This document shows, one piece after another, positions 35,204 through 48,344 of a stretch of 64,000 bases of DNA. The notes under the pieces were generated by a model. The model was not told where the DNA came from. It did no database searches and saw only the letters and a list, made by a program, of their open reading frames with translations. The stretch is from Chiloscyllium plagiosum (Eukaryota). The stretch is taken from the NCBI RefSeq assembly GCF_004010195.1, contig NC_057712.1, positions 35,968,446 through 36,032,445 of the forward strand, written 5' to 3'. Position numbers and translations under genes: made by a program. The first letter of the stretch is position 1. Each line of letters begins with the position of its first letter.

Positions 35204-35340
35204 CAAATGCCTCTGCAACAACAGCATCCTCCTCTTCATCGCCCTCATCCAGCTCTATCACGGCGGCTGTCATGCTAACGCTGGCTGACCCATCCGTATC
35301 CAACTCATCACAGAATGGGCTGTCGGTGGAATGTAGGTGA
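35204..35340 (+). CDS. ARID4B: ARID4B last coding exon
   Basis: ctcctccacag| ...SSSSSPSSSSITAAVMLTLADPSVSNSSQNGLSVECR*; diagnostic ARID4B C-terminus. Confidence 0.97.
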
Positions 35341-37270
35341 TGAAAGGACCTCCCAACGCACAGTGCACTTAAATGGCTCCCGGGGCTACTTGTATTTTAA
35401 TTTTTATTATTATTTTAATTATTTTTTTTTAAAAAAGAGACGCTGGATAGAGGCACAAAGGAAAAAAATACGAAACAACAAAAAAACAATTGAGTTAGCA
35501 CTATACTCCACAAGAAAAACTACTTCTCAGCAAAACTAACGTAGCACTTAAGTGCACTTTCATGAAGATGAGGAAGTACAATGAAGTGTTCTGTCGGAGC
35601 AATAACCTGTTGCAGTCTGTCTGGAAATCGTGTGACTGTTGATGGGTGGGCCTTACCATTATTATTTTTGGGAAGTGGGGTTGGGAAGACGAGGGGCAGG
35701 AAGGGACTTTTGCTTCCTTATGTTCCTTGCCTGAAGATTTTTTGCGGCCGATTTTTAACCAGCTCCGGCAGTGTGTACACGAGCTCGAACTATTCCTCTC
35801 CACTTTCCCATTGAAGCTGGACCATTTGATGATCTCTGGTATTAATTTAGTTCTCTTTTATCGCACAAGCTTGCTGTTTCTTAAATGAATTTTACTGTTA
35901 CAGTTTTTAAAACAACACAAAAAAGAAGAGATCGCTTGCAGCGTTATTTTGTGTAACACAAGCACAGGTAATTCAAAGACTACAGCGGGTAGTGAGTGCT
36001 GGAGCAGAGTGCTTTTGGCATCAGCCTTCAATGTGTAACCAAAACGCATACGAGATTCTTTCCTGGTTACTGCCTTGTGTTTACAGGTTTGGATCTGGGG
36101 AAAGGTTACTGTGAGTTTTCCCTGACGTGTTAAGTTGGAGAGGAAACCTATTTTGTCATTTTTATATAAAGTCATTGATATTTTTTCTTTAATTTTGATA
36201 CAGAACATTTCCTCAAAAAGAGAGAAAATAGCTAACAAAATCTGTAAAAAAAAAAGTTTAAAAAACCTGTGTATAATGAACATTGTACTTGCCAGCCTAA
36301 AAGATATATTTATTCTAGGGAAATAATGACAAGTTCTATTTTTGTGGGGTTTTTTCTTCCTTGTAAATGAAAGGGGACTTTTTTTCCTAAAAGCATATAA
36401 AATACTTGGTTTCTAATGCTCATTTTATCACTAGCAAGGCAGATCAAAAGCAGCCTGTGTACACATCCAGGCTTTGTAGCAGCTGCCAACCTGCACTCTG
36501 AGATCTGCTGTGATTATTGAGGTGGCATTGGAGAATTTGAAATCAAGGTAGACAGTACACAGCCACACCCTGGAATAAACAAAACACAACTCAACCTTTT
36601 TGCCCAGATTTTATGTTGTACCCTGTACGTAACAATGAGTCTGTTAATTGTCTGATACATGTGATCCCTTTACTTTTTATAATGCCTTTTGTATATTTAG
36701 GACACCTCTTCCCCACACCCCACCTTGGAGTTGTATTTAAGGAGCAGTGCTGTCGATGCACTGCACGTGTCTGTACAGAGTGTTTCACTGTTTTTATGGC
36801 AATTTTGGTGTACCTCGATTCAAAGTTAGCATGTTGCTTTTTATCTTTTTTAAAAGGTATCACATGGTGTGAGAGAGTGCGCATCTCTTCACAAGAGCTG
36901 TCAGATGGTTTTATGTTTGTAACTGTTGGGTTTCATTTGCCTCTAAATTAACACAGGATCTTTGTAGGAAAAACCTATTTGTTTGGTCTGTGTAGCTTGT
37001 GCTCTTTAAAAATAATTTTTGACAATGGTTACAGAAAACTTTGACCCTGTACATTACTGTGGGACCTTTGTTTGACAGTTCAATGTACTTTAAAAAGAAC
37101 TTATTGAAAGGTATATAATATTTATTAGATTCCAAAAAAGGTTGGAAATTATGTAATTTATTGTAAAAAAAAAGCAAATTCAAAGGCTTCCATTTGAAAT
37201 AAAATGCCATAGTTTGTGAACATGTTTTCTTTCCAACGCATCAGACCTTTTTTTTAAGCTCAATAAATGT
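35341..37270 (+). other. ARID4B: ARID4B 3' UTR (AU-rich, free of recognisable repeats)
   Basis: Follows the stop codon; AATAAA at 36574, 37198 and 37262. Confidence 0.75.
37198..37203 (+). terminator. Polyadenylation signal (ARID4B)
   Basis: AATAAA followed by GT/T-rich downstream sequence; second AATAAA at 37262-37267. Confidence 0.65.
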
Positions 37271-39339
37271 GGTGAGTCACCTGAGGTTTTGGTAATTGCC
37301 ATGTTACTCATTTGACTTCCCAAAGCTTAGTAAAGTAGGAACCCACTAAAACAAGCCCCATAATTCCCACCATACACCCAGCTAGGTTACCAAATCTGAT
37401 TGGAACTCTGTCAACACAGGATCTCCCTCCTCCAACATCAGCCAATTCAAACAGCCCTTTTTTGCATTTGATTTCTATGACTAGTGGACAAAAATGTTTG
37501 GACGATATGGAGGAAAAGATGATTTTCTCATCAAGTATTTTCTCTCAGCAGTGTCTTCTTGATATACTTGAGATTCACAAACAATCCTGGAAGGTTGAAA
37601 ACCCTACCCTCCCAGTCCAAGCTTCAAATAATTCCCCACCCCCCCACTGTCATCACCAATAAATCTCACCTGATCTCTGTAACTGTCTCCACCTTATGAC
37701 ACCCCACCCCATGCCCTCCAATCCATCTCCCTCTCCTTTTACCATCAGAGTTTATTTCATAGAAATATGCTTCATAATACACGGTATAGTTTATCTCATT
37801 GTTTATTCTGGATATGCTCGGAGTGCGCTATGTCCATACATTCATCACCACTGTTGCTCACATGGTGCTAACCTCCTCATGTATTAATATGCAGGCCCCC
37901 AGTCCCTGCTGAATTGACTGGTGAGAAGCTAGGACTCAGTGTGATAGTGGCCTTCATATCATCGAATTCTGTTCTTGACAACTAACCATTGATCTGTCCT
38001 GGAAAATGCACCTTTACGGGTGTTTGGTGGATGTGCCTGTAATGCCTAGCTCACCGTCTAGGCTTCCATAAACTATGTCATGTGCATCCAGGTCTTTCAG
38101 AATGAAAGTTCTGTGAATTTCAAAGTTGGGGTAAAATAAAGAATAGTGATGTTGCTGGGAGCATGCCATCTTCCTTCTGTATTGAGTTGTACAGTCACAG
38201 AGATGTACAACATGGAAATAAACCCTTTTGTCCAACTTGTGCATGCTGACCAGATATCCTAAATTCATCTAGTGCCATTTGCCAGCGCTTGGCCCATATC
38301 CCTCTAAATCCTTCCTATTCATATGGGTAAATCTTCAATGCCTGTGAAGTCAGTGAGCTTGACAAATGGATAGAGGACTCTGTAGAACAGAGAATGATCA
38401 TTTATTTCATGCAGTCTTTATGGAGGGGAGAACTTTAACACCAGTCAAAGCTCCCTCTGCTGAATTACAGAAAACGTTCAAGCTTTATACAGAATTCGGC
38501 ACCTATATTACAGTTCTCACATTTCAATATCCATATGTCCCATATTGTTTTTATTCCCACTTTCTTTATAGGCATTGTGTGTACCTCACTGAAGATTGAT
38601 AACATGTCTTCTGGCAGTTCACCTTGTCAATCTGGATGCCTTGTTTGTTAGTTTCCATGTGCTTTGCTAGATGGCTTATTAATGATAATGTCTCTGAACA
38701 GGTTAATTAGAAATATTACGTACCTCTAGTGCAGATGGGACTTGAACCTATGCTTTCTGGTCCAGAAGTAGGGATATTACCATTGCACCCCCATCCCTAC
38801 CCCTACCCCTACCAAAGCTTTAAACCTCAACTAACACAACAGGAGACCAAGAGTGGTAGTGGAGGGTTCCTTTCCCTGTCGTGCACAGTGTATGGGGAAA
38901 CTGCATTCTCCTACTGCTGCTGCAGCTGTAATTGAAACTTAGAGGCTGAAGTGGCAACACCTGTTGCAACTGGGAGCAGCGACTTCTGTTTGAGGCTTAG
39001 AGCCTGGGACCTCGAGTGCTACAGCCTGTCTGCCTGGAGGAACTGGAACCTGGGACTCTCTGCTGCTACCGCCTTTGGAAGCCTGTTGGCTGTATTTCTC
39101 CCCAGTGAGTACTAACACCTGCTTTGCTGGGGGGAAGCTGCTGCATACTGAGGCTTAGGGCATCAGTTCCTGCCTGCCCTGAAGAACTGAAGCTTGATAC
39201 TGCTGCTGCTGCCACCTGAGAAGCCTGGTGTTCTGCACTGCTGTCCAGTCAGTGCCTAGGAGGGCCTGTTCTTGGAATATGGAAGACTACTTCAGTCGAG
39301 GATTAGGCCTGGACATTAGTTGCTTGGGTGTGAATACTT

Positions 39340-39720
39340 GCAGTGAGTGACTGTATTGTGGAGTCTGTGGCCTGGGGGAGTTATTTGTACGGTTTGATGC
39401 TACACACTCTGCACTGCCATGCTTTTACCCACTGCCTGGACATTGTTTCGCCCTATGTCAGTGGAGATCCCCAGTGTAGGGCCCACTACAAACGGGTCCT
39501 TACCTCTTTCATCAGGGATCTGGGGTCTTCCACTTCTATGTCAAGTGCATTCAACTGCAGCCTCTTTTTAGTTTTTAGAAAGAGCTGCTGTTCAAAGTTT
39601 GGTTGCACTTCAGCCCCGATCTATGGGCACCCGGAGGAAAGCCTTCTCGTGGCTTTGCTTCTGGGCCTGGCCAAGCTGGCCATTAGTAGGTCCAGGCATG
39701 GGCTGAAGAGGGAGGGGTCT
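39340..39720 (+). mobile_element. Tx1/L1-clade LINE C-terminal fragment
   Basis: 'IYGHP...LLVALLLGLAKLAISRSR' resembles Tx1-like ORF2 C-termini. Confidence 0.7.
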
Positions 39721-39734
39721 TAGGTTTTCATGTT

Positions 39735-40745
39735 TGTACTTAAGAGTGGACGGTTGTGTTTTGGACTGGAGGTCTGTGACCAGCAGTGTTCTGCAGGGCT
39801 TGCCGCTGGGTTGGTTGTTGTCACTTTTGGATGAGAATAGAGAAAGCATGGTTACTAGCTTTGTGGATGACATCAAAATTGGTCATATGCTCAACTCTAA
39901 CAAAGGTTATCTAAAATTACAAAGGGATCTTGATCAATTGAGGAGTAGCAGGTGGAGTTTAATTTAGATAAATGCGAGGTGCTGCATTATGGTCTGTTAA
40001 ACAAGGGCAGGCCTTACAGTATACAATTAATAATAGGGTTCTTGGTTTGCTGTAGAACAGAGAGACCTAAGGGTTCAGGTACATAGTTCATTGAAAGTTG
40101 TGTCACAGGTAGGCAGGATGGTTAAGAAGACATTTAGCACACTTGCCTTCATTGCTCAGACTATTGAGTATAGGAGTTGGGACATCAGATTGTACAAGAC
40201 CACTTGAGGCCACTTTTGGAGTACTGTGTATAGTTTTGGTTGCTCTGATATGAGAAGGATATTATTAAATTGGAGATGATGCAGAATAGATTTACAAGGA
40301 TGCCACTGGGATTGGAGAGTTTGAGTTACAAGGAGAGGCTGAATAAGATGGGACTTTTTTTACCTTGGCATGTAGCAGGTGACCTCAGATTTATAAAATC
40401 GCGAGGGACGTAGCTAAGGTGTATAGCAAAGGTTTTTTTTCCCCTGAGGCTTAGGGAGTTCAAAACTAGAGGACATAATTATAAGGTGAGAGAAGAAAGA
40501 TTTAAAAGGGACCAGAAAGGCAACTTTTTCTCACACTGTGGTTTGTATGTGGAATGAACTGCCAGAGGAATTGGCAGGTACAGTTACAATGTTTAAGAGA
40601 CATTTGGATAGGTGCAAGAATAGGAAGGGTTAGGAAGGATAAAGGCCAAGTGCAGGCAAATGGGATCAGTTGGGAAACTTAGTTGGCACGAATGAGTCAG
40701 ACTGAAGGGTCTGTTTCCGTGCTAGATGACTGACTGTATGACTAT
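39735..40745 (+). mobile_element. CR1/HER1-like LINE 3' fragment
   Basis: RVDGCVLDWRSVTS...FVDDIKIG through tail. Confidence 0.9.
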
Positions 40746-41869
40746 AGCACTAATGCCTTCACCTGCATTGTACGGTCAGCCAGGCAAGAGCAACAATGTA
40801 CAAGGTTGCAACTGAAAGCGAAGCAAGATTGTCAAAAATTTGTCACTATTGCATTTGTTGTGATGTGTGCAAGGCTAATTCTTTTCAGCAACTGAGAAAT
40901 GGTTTTTTAGATTGTTCTACCATCAAGTGTCTTTCCAAAAATCCAAGAGATTTTCAGAAACTGCTGATTATTTTCAACCTGATGTTTTCAACAAGAGTCT
41001 AAAAAAACTTCATCACATGATACTAGCAAATAAAGAAACTTCTAGCAAGGACTTCAGTACAGCGAGTGTGGGAGGAGTTAACATAAAATATGAGAGAAAC
41101 CGTTAACACTGAGTATGTTAATTCCTATACCCTTCACGTTGTGATTTGACACAGCTTTGTGTGGGGACTTTGAGAAGTTACTGAATATGACAACTTGCAG
41201 AGTTCTTGTGGCATGATGGTAGTGTCCCTACCTTTCAACCAGAAGACCTGGATTCAAGTCTCACCTTCACCAATGTTATTGCTGAGTAGGTTGATAAAAA
41301 CGTCCAAGAATAACAAGTTGCATTCACACAACACTAAATAAAAACAACCCAAGCTGCTTCAAAGAAGCAATATTATTCAATACTTGATAATGAAATTCAT
41401 AACCAAAATAATTGCATCAAAATAACAGTGGGTCGATGAGGTGGGTTTTAGGGAGAAGCTAGTGATGCAGACATTTGGAGAGAACTGCAGAGTTTAGAGC
41501 CTTGGCAAATGAAGACAGTCACCAGGTGATGATATGTCAAGGGAAGAAAATCAGAAATTAGAGAGTGTGGCAATCAGAGTTGTAGGGTTGGAATAGACCA
41601 AGGATCAGGGAATGAGGCCATTGACAGGATCAAACTGTGGATGAGAATTTAAATTGATGGCATTGCCAGGGACCAATGGAAATGAGCAAGTATTGGATGA
41701 ACAGGACTTGGTGCACATTACAATATGGGCAACAGATTTTTGCAAACAATGTTACCTGTAACATTGATATATATCACCAGTGGTCCTGTCAGATAAGGTA
41801 CTTAATTGATTGGACTAATCCCAGAAGCTGCAAGTCACTGGCAGGGTTAGCCTGTTTGCCAGGCCTTAA

Positions 41870-44800
41870 AACCATAAGAAATAGGAGCAGGAGTCGGCCA
41901 TTTGATCCCTCAAGCCTGCTCCATTATTCAATAAGATTGTAACTGATCCAACATTCCTCATGTCCATTTTCTTGCCCTTCATATTGTTCTATGTTCTATA
42001 ACCCTTCATTCCCCTATTGATCTGTCAACCTTAAATATACACATTGACTCTGCCCCACCGCTGTCTGTGGCAAGGAGTTCCAAAGACCCCCAACTATCCG
42101 AGTGAAGAAATTTGTCCTCATCTCAGTTTTAAATTGGTGCCCTTTTATTTTGAGGCTATGCCTTCTGGTACTAGACTCTCCCCTGAGGGAAAACATCCTC
42201 TCAGCATTTACCCTGTCAAGCCCCTTCAAAATCCTATGTGTAAATAAGATCACCTCTCATTCTTCTAAAATCCAATAAGTAGAGTCCCAATCTGTTGTGC
42301 CTAAGCTCTTAAGCCATCCCTTATATCAGGGATCCATTCTAGTGAACCTTCTCTGAACTGCCTCAAACGAAATAATATCTTTCATTGAATGAAAGCATCA
42401 TAAGACATGAAAACTGGCCCTTCAGCCTAACTCATCTATGCCAACTAGGATTCCTAAACTGAACTAGTCTCATTTGGCCCATATTCCTCTGACACTCTTC
42501 TATCCACATACCTGTCCAAATGTCTTTTAAATGTTGTAATTGTACCCGCCTCTACCAGTTCCTCTAGCAACTTGTTCCTTTTACACAGCACCTTTTGTGG
42601 AAAAAGTGACCCCTTTTAGTTCTTTCCTCTCTTAAACCTATGCCATCTAGTGTTGGACTCTCCAACCCTGGGGAATAGACCTTGGCTACTCACCTTATCC
42701 ATGCCCCTCATGATTTTATAAACCTCTATACTGTCACCCCTGTCTCCTATGTTCCAGGGAAAAAGGTAAATCTTTTTTGCACCCTTTCCAGTTTAACAAC
42801 ATCTTTCCAATAGCAGGGCAATCTGATTGTATGCGGTTCTCCAAATGTGGCCTTACCAATATTTTGTACAGCTGTAATATGTTCAAACACCTGTACCCGA
42901 TGCTCTGACTGATGAAGGCAAGTATGCCAAACACACCTTTGCCACCCGTCTACCAACAATGGCACTTTCAAGGAACTATGCACCCACACGCCTTGGGGTC
43001 TCTGTTTGATAATAGTCCCCAGAGCTCTACCATTAATGGTAAATGTCCTGCCCTGGTTTGTCTTACCAAATGCAAAACCTCACGTTTATCTAAAACCACA
43101 TCTGCCACTCCTTGACCTGCTGGCCCAGTTGATCAAGATCCTACTGTACTCCTACATAACCTTCACTCTCCACTATACCACCTGCAAATTTACTAACCAT
43201 GCCTCCTATCTTTTAACAAACAATTTTATATAAATGGTGAACATCAGCGGACTTAGCACTGATCCTTGCAGCACACTGCTGATCACAGACCTCCAGTCTG
43301 AAAACAACCCTCCACCACCACCCTCTGTCCTACCGTCAAGCCAGTTTTTTTAACCAATTGGCTAGCTCGCCCTGGATCCCATGTGATTAACCTTTACCGA
43401 CCAGTCTGCCATGCGGAACCTTGTCTAAGGTCTTGCTACAGTCCATGTAGACAACCAATTTCACTCTGCCTTCACCAATCATCTTTGTCACTACTTTAAA
43501 AAAAAGTATAATCAAGCTTGAGAGACACAACTGCCCATGCACAAAGCCATGCTGACTATCCCTAATACATCTTTGCCTCTGCAAATGGGTGTGGAGCCTG
43601 TCTGTCAGAATCCCCTCCAACAGCCTACTCACCACTAATATCAGACTCATGGGTCTATAGTTCGCTAGCTTGTTCTTGCAGCTTTTCTTCAATAATGGCA
43701 CATTAGCCATTCTTCTGCTATCTCCCCTATAGCTGTCGATGACACAAATATCTCTGCTAGGAGCCCCCATAACTTCTTCCCCAGGTCCCCACAATGTCCT
43801 GTGATACTCCTGATAAGTACCAGGGATTTATCCACCTTTATGCATTTTGGAGACGAAAACTGCTCACAGTATTCCAGATGTGATCTCAACACCACCATGT
43901 CCAACTATAGTAAGACTTCCCTCCTCCTATACCCCAACCCATGAGCCTTCCTGATAACCTGCTGCACCTGTGTGCTAACTTTGTGTTTCATGCACAAGTA
44001 TCCTCAATCCCTTTGTGTTGCAGCTTTCTGCAGTTTTTCTCCATTTAAAGGAAAATCTGCTCTTTGTGCATTTTGGAAGCAGCAACTAATTTCACACATT
44101 TCATCTTGTTTTACTCTATTTGCCCACTTAATCTACCACCATCTCTCTGTAAACTGTTTGTATCCCTGCTGTTAACCGGCCTTTATTTTAGTGTCATTTG
44201 CAAACTTGCTATAGTAAAATTGGCCTCTTTTCTCCAAGTCATTAATACATATTCTAAACATTTACTTCCCAACACTCTGATCTGAGTGGAACTTCATTGG
44301 TTGTAGGTCGCCCTTACCCCCATTTGCCAATTGTCTAAACATGCCAATATATGACCTCTAACACCATTAGGTCTTGCAATGATTTTTACGACATACCTTG
44401 TAAAGTGCCTTCTGGAAGTCCTAATACAACTTCCCCTCTATCCACTCTTTCAGACTTCCATAAACAATCTAATAAACTAGTCAGTCATGATTTTTCTTTC
44501 ATGAAGCCATTACTGATTCTGCTCCATTAGATTGTAATATTCCAAATGTTCTGTTATTCTTTAATAATTGTTTCCAACAATGGATGTTTAGCTGATCAGC
44601 CTATAGTTACCTGTCTTTGGTCTCCCTCCCTTTTTGAATAGGGGTGTCACATTAACAGTTTTACTTTTTCAGAATTGAGGGTTTTTGGAAAATTACAACT
44701 AATGCACCCATTACCTCTTAGTTCCCTCTTTTAGGATCTTAGGATGTAAGCCACCAGGGTCAGGGGAATTTATCAGCCTTGAGTCCCATTAGTTTGTCTA

Positions 44801-45210
44801 ATACTACTTTTCTTCTGATGGTGATGGGACTTAATTCCTCCCTGTATTCTTTAGTATGAACGATATGTTCAAAGTATCTTCCACCATAAAGACTGATGCA
44901 AAATCTGCTTAACTCTTCTATCACTTTCATGTTCCCCATAATTGTCTCCCCAGATTCATTTCTTAGGGACCTATGTTCACTGTGACCTCTCTTTTCCTTT
45001 CTAGATATTTAAAGAAGCTCCTACAGTAAGTTTTTATATTCCTTACGAGTTTGTTCACATAGTTTATTTTCTCTCTCTTGTCTTTTTAGTTCTTTGCTGA
45101 AGTCTGAATTTATCCCAGTCTTTGGGGCTATCACTGACTTTTGTCTCCTTATATACTTTTCTTTCAATTTTATACTTTCCTTAACTAACTTGGTTAGCCA
45201 TGGTTGATTT
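41870..45210 (-). mobile_element. Stacked CR1-like LINE fragments (41870-42390, 42400-43850, 43860-45210)
   Basis: RT motifs ANYRPMSL, SQHGFVHG, DKVPHGRL and two different CR1 tails. Confidence 0.88.
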
Positions 45211-45394
45211 ATCCATCATCTCTTGCGACAATGATGGTGAGCCTGGTGTTTGAAGTGCTGGCTCTCACAGGGACACAAATGAGCAAACACTGCACAGTAG
45301 GAAAAGCAATATTAAAGAAAAACTGCACTGCTATGAGGGAGTGCTGCACAGTTGGAGTAGCAGGTCAGTTCAATGACAATCATATTACAGTCAT

Positions 45395-45930
45395 TCCAGA
45401 GTCCCTTGTCCTCACCTACCATCCCACCAGCATCCACATCCAAAGGACTATTAGCTGCTATTTCTGCCATCTCTAGCAAGATGCCACCACCGTACACATA
45501 TTCGCCTTCCTTCCCTTGTCAGCCTTCCACAGGGACTGTTCCCTCTGGCGCTCCTTCACTCTTAAACACACCATGCTCCTACAGCAGCTTCCCCTGCAAT
45601 CATAGAAAGTGCAACACCTTTCCATTTATGTCCTCCCTCACTATCCAGTGCCCGATACACCTTCCACATGAAGCAGCGATTTATCTGCACTCCCCACTCA
45701 ATCCAGTCTACTCCATTTGCTGCCCACAAGCTGAGTGACTGCCTTGTGGAATACCTGCATTCTGTCTGTTAAAAATGACCATGAGTTTCTGTTGCCTGCT
45801 ACTTCAACACGCCACCATGTTCCCTGGCCCACATCTGTCTTGGACCTGCTGCAGTGAAGCCCAGAGCAAGCTGGAAGAATGGTTTCTCAGTCTGGACCTC
45901 TCAGCCTTCAGGGCTCCAATATTTTGGAGG
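45395..45930 (+). mobile_element. Penelope-like element ORF relic (RT thumb to GIY-YIG linker)
   Basis: LVLTYHPTSIHIQ, PCNHRKCNT and 'NPVYSICC' motifs typical of Penelope-like ORFs. Confidence 0.8.
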
Positions 45931-46019
45931 TTGAACACCATCTCCCATGTCCTTTACCTACCCTCACACCCAGCTCCTGGGTTACTTTTAGCACAGCCAG
46001 TCCATTTTTCACCCTCTCA

Positions 46020-46368
46020 TAGCCCACCCACCCCCGCCCCCGCCCCCGCCCATGATGACCCATCGAGGTTCTCCTCTGCCCTGGCCACTTGGAAGCAGAC
46101 CCAGAGAAAGCTGGAGATAATGTGTGCGCGTCCACCAGTTGCTGGGGCAGAGTGAATCCCTCCGGCACTGTTTCCCCCCCTGGCCCCGCCCCCTGGCCGC
46201 CCGGCCCCGCCCCCTGGGATGGTGATCGGGCTGAACGCGACCGCCCCACGTTGCTTCCGGGCAGTTCGAGCCGCTCCGCAGTCTCCAGGGGCCGCTATCA
46301 CATACGCCACTTCCGGCAGCTGGGGGAGGGAATCAGCAGTGCACTTCCGGCACCTAGAACACACAAGC
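46020..46368 (+). promoter_or_regulatory. RBM34: RBM34 CpG-rich promoter and 5' UTR
   Basis: Several CCCCGCCC GC boxes (46031-46050, 46184-46213); three ETS/GABP-type CTTCCGG sites (46254, 46310, 46344). Confidence 0.8.
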
Positions 46369-46385
46369 ATGGCGACGAAAGAAAG
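46369..46385 (+). CDS. RBM34: RBM34 exon 1
   Basis: agcATGG Kozak context, MATKE(S), donor |gtgagt, phase 2 fits exon 2. Confidence 0.8.
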
Positions 46386-46424
46386 GTGAGTGAGTGAGTG
46401 ATGCAGACGTGGGACAGGCAGAGT

Positions 46425-47120
46425 ATAAGAAATAGGAACAGGAGTAGGCTATTCGGCCCCTCGATCCTGCTGCACCTTTCCATAGGATCGCGGCTATTCC
46501 AACATTCCCCGTAACTGATCAGTAACCTGTCGACCCCAGCCTCGAATATACAAAAGGATACTGCTCCCACAGCACTGTGTGGGAAGCCGAGCCAAAGATT
46601 CTGAACCCTCAGAGAGATGAAATACCTCACCGTTTCAGTGTTAAGTTTACACCCCTTTATTCTGAGGCCATGCCCTCTGAACCGAGACTCTCCGATGAGG
46701 AGAAACCTTCTCTCAGCATTTACTCTGTGAAGCCCCTTAATAATCCTGTATGTTTCAATAAGATCATCTCTCAATCTTCTAAACCCAGTGAGTAGGGTCC
46801 CAATCTCTCTCACCTCTGCTCATAAAACAATCTTGATGAAGGGCTTTTGCCCGAAACGTCGATTTACCTGCTCCTCAGATGCTGCCTGACTTGCTGTGCT
46901 TTTCCAGCACCACACTAATCTTGATGCTAATCTCCAGCATCTGCAGTACCCACTTCTGCCTCATAAAACAATCTGTCCAGACCAGGGATCACACTAGTGA
47001 ACTATCTCTGAACTGCCTCCAATGAAATATTTCCTTAAATAAGAAGTCCAAAACTGCTCTCAGTACTCCAGATTTGGTCTCACCAGCATCTTGCACAGTT
47101 GCACTCAGACTTCCCCAGTA
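46425..47120 (-). mobile_element. CR1-like LINE 3' fragment
   Basis: RRLRDDLIETYRIIKGL motif (ORF 46298..46813). Confidence 0.88.
46834..46959 (+). mobile_element. Penelope-type mini-element with hammerhead-like core
   Basis: (t)tgatga-a-gggc-tttt-gccc-gaaa-cgtc; exact 15-bp TSD ctcataaaacaatct at 46819-46833 and 46960-46974. Confidence 0.85.
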
Positions 47121-47142
47121 TTGTTTTGGAGCACTGTGATGA

Positions 47143-47340
47143 ACAAAGTTAAAAATCACACAACACCAGGCTATATCCCAATAGGTTTATTTGGATGCAC
47201 TAGCTTTCAAAGTGATTGTCCCCATGAAAAACTGATGAAGAAGCAGCTCTTTGAAAGCTAGTGCCTACAAATAAACCTGTTGGACTATAACCTGGTGTTA
47301 TGTGATTTTTAACCTTTCCCTGGTGTTATACTCCAACCTC
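47143..47340. mobile_element. Palindromic mini-element (third family) with hammerhead-like core; related copy at 47945-48135
   Basis: ~65-bp inverted arms; ctgatga-a-gaagc-agct-cttt-gaaa-gcta at 47232; second copy on minus strand ctgatgaaggagctgtgctccaaaagctt. Confidence 0.7.
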
Positions 47341-48344
47341 CTTGAACCCCTGCACCTCTGTGTTGCAGCTTTCTGCTATTTCTCTCCATTTCAATAATAC
47401 TCTGTTCTTTTGTTCTCCTTTTCAAAATGAACAACTTCACATTTTCCCACATTTGCCAACTTTTTGCCCACTTGTGTAACCTATCACCATCTCTCTGTAA
47501 ACTGGTTATATCCCTCTCGCAACCCATCTTTCCACTTAGATTAGTGTCATCAACAAATTTGGCTACAGTGCATCCACCTCCTTCCTCCAAGTGATAATAT
47601 GTTGTAAACAGTTGCGAACCCACCTGTGATCATTGTGGAACTCTGCTGGTCACAGGTCACCAACCTGAAAAAAGAACCCCTTACCCTAACTTGCCTTTTC
47701 GTGTAAGAGTATCAGCCAATCCTCTATCCATGCCAATATGCCACATTCAACATGGGCTCTTACAACAGTCTTTGATCAAGCATCTTTTCGAACACTGTCT
47801 GGAAGACCAAATACAACATACCTACTGTTTCCGCTCTAGTTGAGACTTCCTCAAGAAACTCATCGCAATTTCTCTTCACGATGACATGCTGACTCTGCCA
47901 GATTAGATTATGTTTATCTAAACATGCGATTGCTTCCTTAATAATGACACAATACCAGATTATAGTCCAATGGGTTTATTTGGAAGTACAAGCTTTTGGA
48001 GCACAGCTCCTTCATCAGGTAGCTTGTGGAGTAGGATTATAGGACACAGAATTTATAGTAATAGATCAAAGTGTCATACTTTGGAGTATAACCTGGTGTT
48101 ATGAGATTTTTAACTTTGTCCACCCCAGTCCAACAACTCCCTTTAGTTTGTCTAATATTACTTCTCTATAAATGGTACTTAATTCCTCCCCTGTACTCTT
48201 TAATATTAATGGAATAAAACTGAAGTAAAGTATCTGTTTAACCCTCCTGCCATTTTCTTGTTCTCAGTAAGTCTCCCGGATTCATTTTATAATGGGCCTA
48301 TGTTTATTTTGATCTCTGTGGAACTATAAGAGGGAAAATATGGA

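Noticed and set aside
41206-41270. tRNA-like sequences (also 38730-38790 and the HE1 heads)
   Set aside because: Only A/B-box remnants of SINE heads; no complete cloverleaf.
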